NCBI GenBank assembly: GCA_965217895.1
Contig: CBDCJV010000002.1
Span: 4,800,001 to 4,864,000, forward strand
Reading direction: 5' to 3'
From: Waterburya sp.
Lineage (GTDB): Bacteria; Cyanobacteriota; Cyanobacteriia; Cyanobacteriales; Xenococcaceae
Length of the DNA stretch: 64,000 nucleotides
This document shows positions 1 through 9,360 of the stretch, one piece after another; the first letter of the stretch is position 1; every line of letters begins with the position of its first letter. A model generated the notes under the pieces. That model was not told where the DNA came from and ran no database searches. It saw only the letters and a list, made by a program, of their open reading frames with translations. Made by a program: the position numbers and the translations under genes.

Positions 1-1
1 T

Positions 2-1309
2 GCAGCAGATTTACCAGAGTTACCAGAATTAGATAACTTATTTGCTCCAGAAGGCGCAATTAAAGAGGCACAAAAATTAGCAGCAAAGACTTTTGGCGCA
101 GAGAAAACTTGGTTTCTAGTTAATGGCTCTACCTGTGGCATTATGGCAAGTATTTTAGCTACCTGCGGTGCTGGAGATAAGATTATCTTACCGAGAAATA
201 TCCATCAATCAGCGATCGCAGGTTTGGTTCTCTCAGGAGCAATACCGATATTTATTAATCCCGAATATGATGCCAGGGCTGGATTAGCCTTTAACGTGGC
301 TTCAGAAGCGGTACAGCAGGCTTTAAAGACCCATCCTGATACCAAAGCCGTAATGATGCTCCATCCCACTTACCAAGGAGTTTGTACTGATTTAAAAGCG
401 ATCGCCGAAATTACCCATCAATATAATATTCCTCTACTCGTAGATGAGGCTCATGGCGCACACTTTGCCTTTGATGATGATTTACCTCCTTCTGCCATGA
501 GTATTGGTGCAGACTTAAGCGTGCAGTCTACTCATAAAGTCTTGAGTGCCATGACTCAGGCATCGATGCTGCATATCCAGGGTAAGAGAATTTGCGATCG
601 CCAAATCAGTAAAGCCTTGCAGTTAGTTCAATCTACCAGTCCTAGCTATCTGCTGCTTGCCTCTTTAGACGCAGCCAGACAACAAATGGCAACCAAAGGC
701 AAAGAGTTAATGAGTCGCACCATTGCTTTAGCGTGCGAAGCCAGAAATCAACTAGCCAAGATTCCGAACTTGTCGGTATTCAAACCAAACATAAGTCCTG
801 GCTGTCAACACTTTGACTGTACCAGACTAACCCTTAACGTCTCTCAACTGGGCATCACTGGCTTTGAAGCTGACGAAATACTTCACCAACAATTAGGAGT
901 AACCTGCGAACTTCCACTGCTGCATCACCTGACTTTTATTATCTCCCTGGGCAACACACCAGAAGATATCCAAAAACTGATCCAAGGCTGTACAACTCTG
1001 GCAAAAATAACTATTAGCTCTCAACCATTAGCTATTAGCCCTCAGCCATTAACTATTAACCCTCAACCATCAGCTATTAGCCCCCGCGATGCCTATTTCC
1101 TTCCTACCAATACTATTCCTTTTTGGCAGGCAAGCGATCGCCTTAGTGGTGAATTAATTTGTCCCTATCCTCCAGGAATTCCTGTGTTGATGCCTGGAGA
1201 AAAAATTACCCCTCAAACAATTGACTACTTACAACAGGTGCTAGCTGCGGGAGGAACTGTTACAGGGTGTAACGATCCTACGCTTAAAACAATACAAGTA
1301 CTTAAATAG
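2..1309 (+). CDS. Orn/Lys/Arg decarboxylase family PLP enzyme (5'-truncated by window edge)
   Basis: Open frame from base 2 (DLPELPELDNLFAPEG); VDEAHGAH, QSTHK (PLP lysine), STSPSY and C-terminal CPYPPGIP motifs. Confidence 0.9.
   Translation, partial: AADLPELPELDNLFAPEGAIKEAQKLAAKTFGAEKTWFLVNGSTCGIMASILATCGAGDKIILPRNIHQSAIAGLVLSGAIPIFINPEYDARAGLAFNVASEAVQQALKTHPDTKAVMMLHPTYQGVCTDLKAIAEITHQYNIPLLVDEAHGAHFAFDDDLPPSAMSIGADLSVQSTHKVLSAMTQASMLHIQGKRICDRQISKALQLVQSTSPSYLLLASLDAARQQMATKGKELMSRTIALACEARNQLAKIPNLSVFKPNISPGCQHFDCTRLTLNVSQLGITGFEADEILHQQLGVTCELPLLHHLTFIISLGNTPEDIQKLIQGCTTLAKITISSQPLAISPQPLTINPQPSAISPRDAYFLPTNTIPFWQASDRLSGELICPYPPGIPVLMPGEKITPQTIDYLQQVLAAGGTVTGCNDPTLKTIQVLK
1012..1083 (+). 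repeat. In-frame heptamer-based (STRR-like) tandem repeat inside the decarboxylase gene
   Basis: ~21-nt period (tattagc-cctcagc-cattaac variants) translating as ISSQPLA ISPQPLT INPQPSA ISP. Confidence 0.8.
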
Positions 1310-1499
1310 AACTTAAGTTAAGTAGGTAAACTGATGACTAATACTAAGTCCGATTGGGAAAAGTATCTTAAATACTAAGTTCGTAGTTTGTAGTTAGTCG
1401 TTTGTAGTCAGGAAAAAACTACTTACTACCCACTACTTGCTATCCAACAGTTAAATAATCTCCGTGAACAGAATTTAGTATAAAAACTAAAAACTAATT

Positions 1500-2090
1500 A
1501 TGCTTTGGCCTTACAAAACTCCTGGTATTCCCGATAAACTGTTCGAGCGTTTGCCTGGAATTCCTCTGAGTAAAAGAGAAGTTCGTGTTTTAATTATTTC
1601 CTCGCTGCGAATGAAGCCAGATTCAGTCCTGTGGGATATTGGTGCTGGGACAGGCACAATACCTGTAGAGATTGGTTTGCTTTGCCCTCAAGGACAAATT
1701 ATTGCCATCGAAAGAGATGATGAGGTGGCAAAACTGATTAAGCGCAATTGCGATCGCTTTGAAGTTCATAATGTCAATGTAGTCCAGGGAAGTGCGCCCG
1801 AATGTCTAGAAAATATACAGCCAAAACCAGATCTGGTTTGTATTGAAGGAGGTAAACCCATTAAAGACATACTCAAGCAAACTTGGAAATACCTTCAGCC
1901 AGAGGGACGTATTGTTGCTACCGTTAGTAATTTAGAAAATCTATATATTATTTCTGAAGGTTTAGCAGAACTTCAGGCTCGCAATATTGAGGTTGTCCAG
2001 TCGGCAGTAAATCGCTTAGAAACAAGAGGAATTCACCAGACTTTTGCAGCGGTTAATCCGATGTTTATTCTCAGTGGCGAAAAACTATAG
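1500..2090 (+). CDS. cbiT: Precorrin-6Y C5,15-methyltransferase (decarboxylating) CbiT subunit
   Basis: PGIPD..F, PLSKREVR, SAM motif WDIGAGTG. Confidence 0.9.
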   Translation: MLWPYKTPGIPDKLFERLPGIPLSKREVRVLIISSLRMKPDSVLWDIGAGTGTIPVEIGLLCPQGQIIAIERDDEVAKLIKRNCDRFEVHNVNVVQGSAPECLENIQPKPDLVCIEGGKPIKDILKQTWKYLQPEGRIVATVSNLENLYIISEGLAELQARNIEVVQSAVNRLETRGIHQTFAAVNPMFILSGEKL

Positions 2091-2333
2091 CATTAAGGGT
2101 TTACTGTTGTCGTGGGTTTAAAGTCTCTTTTAAAATGAAATAACCCTAAGTTGCGATCGCATTCATAAATATTAATACTCTGTTTGTCAACGAAAATTTA
2201 TATCTCACGGTTCGCTTAAATAAAATATTTTGCAAGAAGTAAAACAACTCAATACTCATTTAGCAATCCGATGTGAAAATAGAAAAATATGATTTGGCTT
2301 ATCTTAAAAAATACATCCTTAAGAGTTTGTATT

Positions 2334-3410
2334 GGCTTTGTTGCATGAATAAATAAATAGACAAATCAAACCCGATTGACCAAGCTGGAATTTATGGAGT
2401 AGCAACATAACTCTCAGGTTTACAAATTTGAATCATTCGATTGAGAGCAGCGCATTGTAAAAGCAACTCCCTCGCCTGGTTATCAAATTGGCGAGAGGAC
2501 AACTTACCTCCGAAGATACATTTGAGACGAAACATCGTGGTTTCAGCCAAAGAGCGACGATGATAATCACTCTCTTGTTTCCATTTTTTACGTCCCATAG
2601 TAGCGAATCGCTCTTAAGTTCTCATCTCGTAGCAAGGGTGGAGCTTTACAATTACCATGTTGTTGAATCTTGGCATTTTTACGAGGTGGAATTGCTGCTC
2701 TTGCTTGCCTTTGAGTAATTTGCTCGTAGCAATTGTTAGTGTCGTAAGCTCCATCCCCAGACACTTGTAAAATTTCATCTTCTACACCATCAAGAATGTC
2801 TTTGAAAACTTGAGAGTCATGATAATCATTAGTTGTTACTACTGCACTGATGATCTCGCCTGTCGTTTCATCTATACCTAAATGTAATTTTCGCCATGTT
2901 CTTCTTTTAGAAACACCATGCTGTCTGGTTTTCCACTCTCCCTCGCCGTAAACTTTTACCCCCGTTGAATCTACTACTATGTGACGTGCCGACTCACTTT
3001 TCTTGACTGGTAATTCAATTTCAAGACTGCTCAAACGTCTTGATACTGTACTATGGTCGGGAACAGGCAAATCTAAATTCATTAGTTTGAGTAGAGATTC
3101 GACGAACCCGATTTGGTTGTCTTCCTGCCAAGGAAAAAACGCTTTTGATGGTACTCATGGTCGCAATCGCCGTATCACTATAAGTAGCTGATGCTCCTCT
3201 TCTTCCTGTCTTTTCATTTACAAGCCACTCTTCCACTACATCTGTCGAAAACCAAAGCGTAATACTTCCTCTGAGCTTTAGTCCTGCGTTATACTTTGAC
3301 CAGTTGCGGATGCGGTATTTATTTTTCATTGGGTAGGTTTTGGTTGTGGTTAACTTCAATCTACCATTTTGACGTTTTTATCCTTCGCAAGTTTTTTATG
3401 CAACAACGCC
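2334..3410 (-). mobile_element. IS5-family (IS903 group) insertion sequence, 1077 bp
   Basis: Terminal IRs GGCTTTGTTGCAT (2334) / ATGCAACAACGCC (ends 3410); 9-bp target duplication GTTTGTATT at 2325-2333 and 3411-3419. Confidence 0.93.
2392..3329 (-). pseudogene. IS5/IS903-type DDE transposase split by two frameshifts
   Basis: Three overlapping ORFs carry YRIRNW..YN..L..RG, VDSTG.KVYGEGEW, GDGAYD and YHRRSLAETTMFRLK. Confidence 0.9.
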
Positions 3411-3426
3411 GTTTGTATTTATAACT

Positions 3427-4329
3427 TCATTTGACTCCGCTTGTTAAGCCAAAACCACTTAACACGATCTCAGTTGCTTTTACAAGAACGTCATCGCGCC
3501 ATTTCGCATCTGGTTCTTCCTGCGTGTAATAGATAGCAAGAATGATTGGCTTATGTTCCGACGGCCACAACACAGCTATGTCGTTTGCAGTGCCATAGTC
3601 ACCCGATCCCGTTTTGTCACCAATTTGCCAATTGGCAGGTATGGCAGCACGAATGCGTTTGGCTCCCGTAGTGTTACCCCGTAGCCACTTATTTAATTGC
3701 TGCTGTTGAGATATAGACAATGTATCTCCCAGGGTTAGCACTTGCAAACTGTGTGCCATAGTGGCTGGGGTAGAGGTATCACGAGGATCGCCAGGAACTG
3801 CCGAGTTCAGCTCTGTTTCCCGTCGGTCGAGACGAAATTCACTATCGCCGATTGAACGCGCATAGGCCGTTACCTCAGACGTACCCCCAAGAACTTTGAT
3901 TAGCAGGTTGCCTGCCGTATTGTCACTGTACTGAAGCGCAGCAGCACATAGTTCAGAGACGGTCATACCTTCGCTGATGTGTTTCTCGGTAATGGGCGAG
4001 TAGCTGACGAGATCGCCTGGTTTGTAATAAATTCGCTGTTGTAATAAACCGTCGATTTGAGTGCTTCGCGCCAAAATTGCAGATGCTGCAATTACCTTGA
4101 AGGTACTACACAGAGGAAAACGCTCTTTTGCGCGATGAGCGATCTGAGTATCATTTTCCGTGTTGAGAGCATACACGCCGAGGCGACCACCCGAAGCTTT
4201 TTCGAGCTTCGCGAGATTAGCTTGTGGGGTAACAACTTGTTCGCTTTTTGTAGCCTTCGCAGTGACTATAAGTGCAAGAGGAATAGTTGTCGCAGTCAGC
4301 AAAAATGTTCGGCGATTCATTATATTCAT
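3427..4329 (-). CDS. bla: Class A serine beta-lactamase with twin-arginine signal peptide
   Basis: STFK (SxxK), SDN, omega loop RETELN (E166/N170 equivalents), DKTG; N-terminal MNRRTFLL. Confidence 0.93.
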   Translation of the reverse strand: MNIMNRRTFLLTATTIPLALIVTAKATKSEQVVTPQANLAKLEKASGGRLGVYALNTENDTQIAHRAKERFPLCSTFKVIAASAILARSTQIDGLLQQRIYYKPGDLVSYSPITEKHISEGMTVSELCAAALQYSDNTAGNLLIKVLGGTSEVTAYARSIGDSEFRLDRRETELNSAVPGDPRDTSTPATMAHSLQVLTLGDTLSISQQQQLNKWLRGNTTGAKRIRAAIPANWQIGDKTGSGDYGTANDIAVLWPSEHKPIILAIYYTQEEPDAKWRDDVLVKATEIVLSGFGLTSGVK

Positions 4330-4465
4330 CAGGATAAAGTCTATTTTTCTATATAATTCTCCAGCACAAAGTGTTTAGATGGCATAACCCACATAAGATA
4401 ATGGATTTCTATCAATTATCTTATTATTGAAAATCGAGAATCTAAGCAGATTAAGTCAATTTTGA

Positions 4466-4984
4466 TTATCCGTTCGCATTCTTTGATGCTTTCCAAGCAT
4501 CTTTAGTCCTGCCGAGGTTAACCTTAAACTCGTCAAACCCCATTAGAGTACCCGCACGATCTTCATCCCAACAGGCTGAAAAAAGACCGTAGCTTAAGCC
4601 TAAAACTCCTAAACCCAAAAAGCCAAAGGATACAGCGATAGCCAGATAAGGAGGTAATTCGACGATTTCTTTGACCTTAAGCCAGTAAAAAATAAACAGG
4701 GAGGACATACCCAACACAGAGGGAATACCGCAAAATACCGCCATGCGTTTCCCCATACGTTTGCTGACTAGATCGGGAATTGCTGAAAGATTAGAGTTCG
4801 GGCGAGAATTTCTAGAAGTCGATTTGGCTTTTTTGACCTGTACCTTTGCTGATTTGGGAGATGGGGGTGTAGAAGCTTTCTGCGGCTTGTTTACTGAGCT
4901 ATTTTCCTTAGATGCAGCAGGCTTATTTTTACTGTTTTTACGGGGTTCAAATGGTAGACGACCCCGCTTAGAATCTGATGGCAT
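4466..4984 (-). CDS. PAM68-family (DUF3464) photosystem assembly membrane protein
   Basis: IP..VS.RM..RMA.F.GIP, LSYG.FSACWDE; two TM helices; downstream of rpsO as usual in cyanobacteria. Confidence 0.85.
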   Translation of the reverse strand: MPSDSKRGRLPFEPRKNSKNKPAASKENSSVNKPQKASTPPSPKSAKVQVKKAKSTSRNSRPNSNLSAIPDLVSKRMGKRMAVFCGIPSVLGMSSLFIFYWLKVKEIVELPPYLAIAVSFGFLGLGVLGLSYGLFSACWDEDRAGTLMGFDEFKVNLGRTKDAWKASKNANG

Positions 4985-4996
4985 GAGTTTTAATGA

Positions 4997-5266
4997 TTAA
5001 CGACGAATGCCGAGACGAGCAATCAGTTTTTGGTAGCGTTCAAAATCTTCTTTTTGGATGTATGCCAGAAGACCTTTACGGCGACCAATCATTTTGAGCA
5101 GACCACGACGGGAAGAATGATCTTTTTTATTGGCTCTTAAATGAGAAGTTAGTTGATTAATTCTTTCAGTTAGAACGGCAATTTGTAAATCGGCAGATCC
5201 AGTGTCGGTTTCATGGATTTGATATTCTGCCATTAATTCCTGTTTACGCTGTTGAGTCAAAGTCAT
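4997..5266 (-). CDS. rpsO: 30S ribosomal protein S15
   Basis: [29 protein letters not shown]. Confidence 0.98.
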   Translation of the reverse strand: MTLTQQRKQELMAEYQIHETDTGSADLQIAVLTERINQLTSHLRANKKDHSSRRGLLKMIGRRKGLLAYIQKEDFERYQKLIARLGIRR

Positions 5267-5449
5267 GTTGGTTTAGTCTGGTATTCTCTCGTTATATTTA
5301 AACTGCAAACTATTATATTACCATCGATTTTTTAGATCTTTCATTCCGATCGCAACTGACGTTTCTGGATACAATTACCAGTCAAGATTTTGATCTGTCA
5401 TAATGGGCTGGCCTTCTATTATATTGTAAGCACTTATTTATATTTAAAA

Positions 5450-7708
5450 GTGAAATCATCTCCCGATCCTAATTCTTTACCTACTGGCTCTGATTCAGTA
5501 GTTCAAGCTACTGGCTTGGGTACATTTGGCGGTGTGTTTACTCCTTCGATTTTGACCATCTTGGGAGTGATTATGTACCTGCGTTTTGGCTGGGTAGTTG
5601 GCAATGCAGGATTGATAGGCACTCTGGCTATTGTGACTATTGCTACTTCAATTACCTTTTTGACGGCACTGTCAGTATGTGCGATCGCCACTGATAAGGT
5701 TGTGCGGGTGGGTGGTGCATATTATATGATCAGTCGCTCCTTGGGTATTGAAACTGGGGGAGCAGTAGGTATTTCACTTTATTTTGCTCAGGCGATTTCT
5801 GTAGCACTTTACACCATTGGTTTTGCTGAAAGCGTGGTTAATGCCAAGATTAATATTTTTGGTCGAGCTATTAATCTGCAAAATTATGACTTAAATCAAA
5901 CTTATGTTGCTCTAATTATCACGGTTTTAGTCGGTATTTTGGCAATTACTTCTGCTAGCTTGGCGATCAAAGCTCAGTATTTTATTATGGCAGCGATCGC
6001 CATATCTCTTTTGATGTTTGTCTTGGGTAGTCCTTTGCCCAACGTTGAACCACAGATGCTCTCTGCACCACCAAAAACCGCACTCCCTTTTTGGTCGGTG
6101 TTTGCAGTATTTTTCCCGGCGGTAACGGGCATTATGGCGGGGGTAAATATGTCAGGAGATTTAAAAGACCCGATTAAATCTTTGCCGACAGGAACACTCG
6201 CAGCAGTAGGAACAGGGTATGTGATTTACATGATCTTGCCAATTTTTATGGCAATGCGAGCAGATTCAGCCAGCTTAATTAATCCAGATGTCTTTGTGAT
6301 GCAGGAAACTGCTCTAAAAGGCTTTGGTTTTACCATGCTGTTAGGAGTTTGGGGCGCAACTTTAAGTAGTGCGATCGGCAGTATTCTGGGCGCACCTCGT
6401 GTATTGCAGGCATTAGCTAGAGATGGAGTCTTGCCCCCATTTCTCAGCTTTTTGGGCAAGGGACACGGTAGAGAAGATGAACCCCGTAACGGGACTTGGG
6501 TTAGTTTAGCAATCGCGATCGCTGCGGTTTGCGTGGGCGATCTGGATTTAATTGCTCCTGTGCTGTCGATGTTCTTTTTGACTACCTACCTGGTGTTAAA
6601 CGTTTCGGCGGCCATTGAAGGTTTTTTACAGAGTCCTTCTTATCGTCCTAGCTTTCGGGTGCATTGGTCTTTATCTCTTTTGGGAGCATTGGGCTGTCTG
6701 GGGGTAATGTTTTTGATCAATGCTATTGCTACGGTTGGTGCTGCAATAATTGTTTTAGGTATTTACATCTGGTTACAGCGTCGAGAATTGCAAACGACCT
6801 GGGGTGATGTACGTCGGGGAATGTGGATGGCATTAATTAGTCAAGGAATCTTCCAGGTAGAACAAGAAGACCCCAAAAACTGGCGACCTCATATCTTGGT
6901 TTTATCGGGCGCACCTCAAAAACGCTGGTCGTTGATTGAATTAGCCGATGGCTTTAGCCATAATCGCAGTCTGATGACGGTTTCCAGCGTTCTTCCCAGT
7001 GGTTCGCGGGATCTCAAGCAGCAGCTTAAGTTAGAAAAAACCATCCGCGACTATATTCAAAAAAGAGGAGTCAAAGCCTTAGTTAGGGTGGTGACTGCTG
7101 ACGATCCTTTTGATGGTGCAGTGCGTTTGGTAGAAACCTATGGTTTAGGCCCTCTTGTGCCTAATACTGTAGTTATGGGAGATAGCGAACAACCAGAAAG
7201 AAGAGAAGGTTTTTGTAATGCGATCGCCGAAATTCATGCTAGTCGTCGCAATGTAGTTATCTTTCATGAGAATCAACAGCAAGGATTTGGTTTTCGCCGT
7301 AGTATTGATGTTTGGTGGGGTGGGATGCAGTCTAACGGTAGTTTAATGTTATTGCTGGCATATTTACTGCGTACTGATATTAATTGGCGCAATGCAAGAA
7401 TCTATCTTAAGCTAGTTGTAGCCGATCAGTCTGCTGCTGCTGCTGCCAAAGATAATCTTAATACCTTTAGTCAAAGCCTACGTATTGATGTAATTCCCCA
7501 GGTTATAGTGGCGGAAGGTCGTTCTTTTGATGAAATTCTTAATTCATCTTCACGCAATGCTGATTTAATCTTTTTAGGTATGGCTCAACCATCGGCAAAA
7601 TTTATTGGGTATTACGAACAGCTACAAAATAGAGTGGCAGATTTACCTTCTGCCATTTTTGTGTTAGCTGCTCCTGATTTTGCTTTTGGAGAAGTCTTGA
7701 CAGAGTAA
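5450..7708 (+). CDS. Cation-chloride cotransporter-like (SLC12/amino-acid permease) transporter
   Basis: LGTFGGVFTPSILTILGVIMYLR, GGAYYMISRSLG, FFPAVTGIMAG, KNWRP, IDVWW; start uncertain (5390 or GTG 5450). Confidence 0.85.
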   Translation: MKSSPDPNSLPTGSDSVVQATGLGTFGGVFTPSILTILGVIMYLRFGWVVGNAGLIGTLAIVTIATSITFLTALSVCAIATDKVVRVGGAYYMISRSLGIETGGAVGISLYFAQAISVALYTIGFAESVVNAKINIFGRAINLQNYDLNQTYVALIITVLVGILAITSASLAIKAQYFIMAAIAISLLMFVLGSPLPNVEPQMLSAPPKTALPFWSVFAVFFPAVTGIMAGVNMSGDLKDPIKSLPTGTLAAVGTGYVIYMILPIFMAMRADSASLINPDVFVMQETALKGFGFTMLLGVWGATLSSAIGSILGAPRVLQALARDGVLPPFLSFLGKGHGREDEPRNGTWVSLAIAIAAVCVGDLDLIAPVLSMFFLTTYLVLNVSAAIEGFLQSPSYRPSFRVHWSLSLLGALGCLGVMFLINAIATVGAAIIVLGIYIWLQRRELQTTWGDVRRGMWMALISQGIFQVEQEDPKNWRPHILVLSGAPQKRWSLIELADGFSHNRSLMTVSSVLPSGSRDLKQQLKLEKTIRDYIQKRGVKALVRVVTADDPFDGAVRLVETYGLGPLVPNTVVMGDSEQPERREGFCNAIAEIHASRRNVVIFHENQQQGFGFRRSIDVWWGGMQSNGSLMLLLAYLLRTDINWRNARIYLKLVVADQSAAAAAKDNLNTFSQSLRIDVIPQVIVAEGRSFDEILNSSSRNADLIFLGMAQPSAKFIGYYEQLQNRVADLPSAIFVLAAPDFAFGEVLTE

Positions 7709-7721
7709 GTAAGAAGTAAGT

Positions 7722-7748
7722 TAGGGGCGAACGGCTGTTCGCCCGTAC
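7722..7748. repeat. REP-like palindrome (GGGCGAAC-ggct-GTTCGCCC)
   Basis: Perfect 8-bp stem; a related copy lies at 60768-60792. Confidence 0.7.
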
Positions 7749-7753
7749 TAAAA

Positions 7754-8122
7754 GTGAAAAATTATAAGTTAGGTCAATGGCAATGCGTTGCAGGCTGTGG
7801 TGCTTGTTGTAATTTGACTCCAGAAGATAGACCAGATCTAGATAAATACTTATCTAGTGCAGAGCTAGAGCTATATATGAGTATGGTAGGAAAAGACGGC
7901 TGGTGTATTAATTATGACCGTGATAATCGCCAATGCCAGATATATGAAGAGCGTCCTCGCTTTTGTCGAGTTAAGCCTAAGAACTTTCAGGATATGTATG
8001 GGATAGAGGCAGAGGAATTTAATCAATTTGCGATCGCCTGTTGTCAGCAACAAATTGCTGGTGTGTATGGCGAAAATAGCCAAGAACATGAACGCTATAA
8101 TCAGGCTATATTTTTTAACTAA
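7754..8122 (+). CDS. YkgJ-family cysteine-cluster (CxxCxxCC) protein
   Basis: CVAGCGACC, C.IYEERPRFCR. Confidence 0.85.
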   Translation: MKNYKLGQWQCVAGCGACCNLTPEDRPDLDKYLSSAELELYMSMVGKDGWCINYDRDNRQCQIYEERPRFCRVKPKNFQDMYGIEAEEFNQFAIACCQQQIAGVYGENSQEHERYNQAIFFN

Positions 8123-8275
8123 CTCCTAAGTAGGTAATGAGAAGGCTAATATTTTATTCATGCAAAAGGTCTATATAAATACAATAGTCATTTTCTAACC
8201 CACACATACTTTTGCCTTCTGCCTTCATACTTCGTTGACTAACTGATGTTACGCATTTATCGATCTGTGAAGACT

Positions 8276-8412
8276 GGGTAGTGGGGTGTTTGGGGTAATG
8301 AGGTATTTGTGGTGGTGAGGTGTTTGAGGTAATTACTCCTCTATCTCCATCACTCCACCACTCCAAAGATCGACCCTATCTTCTGTACTCCTTACTCACT
8401 ACTCCATGACCC
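8276..8412. repeat. G-rich 9-mer tract followed by C-rich 8-mer tract (dispersed repeat)
   Basis: GGGGTGTTT/GAGGTATTT units, then CACTCCAT/CACTCCAC units; similar array at 27709-27786. Confidence 0.65.
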
Positions 8413-8433
8413 CATGCTGCATAATATCAGTGA

Positions 8434-9021
8434 CTAATTTACTTTGATATATTCTATTGCTTTGAGCAAGGCATCAAGTATTACTTCAAAACTGTCATCA
8501 GTAGATCGAGGCAAAGTTAGTAATCCAGACTGTTCTAAAGTAATAAAGCCAAAAATTGTCGAATTTACCATTCGCATGATGTCAATCAATTTGGCTTTAC
8601 TTAAGCCTTGAGAATCTAAAAGAGTTTTGAATAAACCCTGAGATTGTTGAATTACCAAAGCTGATTCAGGCTCGTCTGGCTGCAACTGAAACTGCATCAT
8701 TACTTGAAATAGCCCTGGATGCGATCGCGCAAAATCTCGGCTAGCTAATCCCCCAGCCTTCAAACAAGCACGAGGTTCTTTTATATTTGCAGTTTTCTGA
8801 CTTAATTGGGCGAAATAAAGTTTATAAATCGCTAATGCTACTGCTTTTTTTAATTCTGCATTTCCTTGAAGATGTTTATAAATAGCAGGGGGTTTAATAC
8901 CCAATGCCCTAGCTACACGATTGACACCTAAAGCTGATGCTCCTTCTTGTTCGATACAGGCGATCGCTGCTTCAATTATATCTTGTCTAGTTAGAGAATT
9001 TTCTTTGGTTGGACGACCCAT
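8434..9021 (-). CDS. TetR/AcrR-family transcriptional regulator
   Basis: MGRP, HTH VARALGIKPPAIYKH; ATG at 9021 preferred over the ORF start at 9096. Confidence 0.9.
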   Translation of the reverse strand: MGRPTKENSLTRQDIIEAAIACIEQEGASALGVNRVARALGIKPPAIYKHLQGNAELKKAVALAIYKLYFAQLSQKTANIKEPRACLKAGGLASRDFARSHPGLFQVMMQFQLQPDEPESALVIQQSQGLFKTLLDSQGLSKAKLIDIMRMVNSTIFGFITLEQSGLLTLPRSTDDSFEVILDALLKAIEYIKVN

Positions 9022-9115
9022 TTTTTTTATTTTCTTCTCGCTTTGTACTTCTAGATCTTGATAATTCAGGATTAATCGCTCGATCGCTTGGTTCACAAGT
9101 AGCAGATAGCAAGTA

Positions 9116-9171
9116 GCGCAGCCTGGAGGCTGCCGACGTTGCTCCGCAACGGCGAGACGCGAAGCGCGTCT
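9116..9171. repeat. 56-nt three-hairpin mini-element, copy 1
   Basis: GC-GCAGCC-TGGA-GGCTGC-CGAC-GTTGC-TCC-GCAAC-GGCG-AGACGCG-AAG-CGCGTCT, inside a tagcaag heptamer tract. Confidence 0.8.
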
Positions 9172-9199
9172 GCAAGTTCAACCTCTGCCTGAAGTCAGA

Positions 9200-9220
9200 C
9201 AAAGGGCTTGCCCGCATGTA
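9200..9220. repeat. 21-nt small dispersed repeat CAAAGGGCTTGCCCGCATGTA
   Basis: 19/21 match to 53184-53204; related 15-nt core at 16841-16855. Confidence 0.8.
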
Positions 9221-9304
9221 TTCAATTCTTGAATTATTCTTTTATCTTTTCCTCATGAATAAGGAGGCTTTAGACCAACTTCGGAGTTTTCTTAATTGCT
9301 ATCT

Positions 9305-9360
9305 GCGCGAACTGGAGTTCGCCGACTGCACTTTGTGCAGGCGAGCCGCTCCACGCGGCT
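9305..9360. repeat. 56-nt three-hairpin mini-element, copy 2
   Basis: GC-GCGAAC-TGGA-GTTCGC-CGAC-TGCAC-TTT-GTGCA-GGCG-AGCCGC-TCCAC-GCGGCT; same length, first loop and linkers as copy 1, different stems. Confidence 0.8.

Noticed and set aside
8154..8366. 70-aa ORF, or a CRISPR-like array
   Set aside because: The ORF is a translation of the G/C-rich tandem repeats; there is no constant repeat with unique spacers and no cas gene.
8987..9217. 76-aa Arg-rich ORF, and the 25-aa N-terminal extension of TetR
   Set aside because: The short ORF is a by-product of GC-rich mini-elements; TetR homology begins at MGRP (9021).
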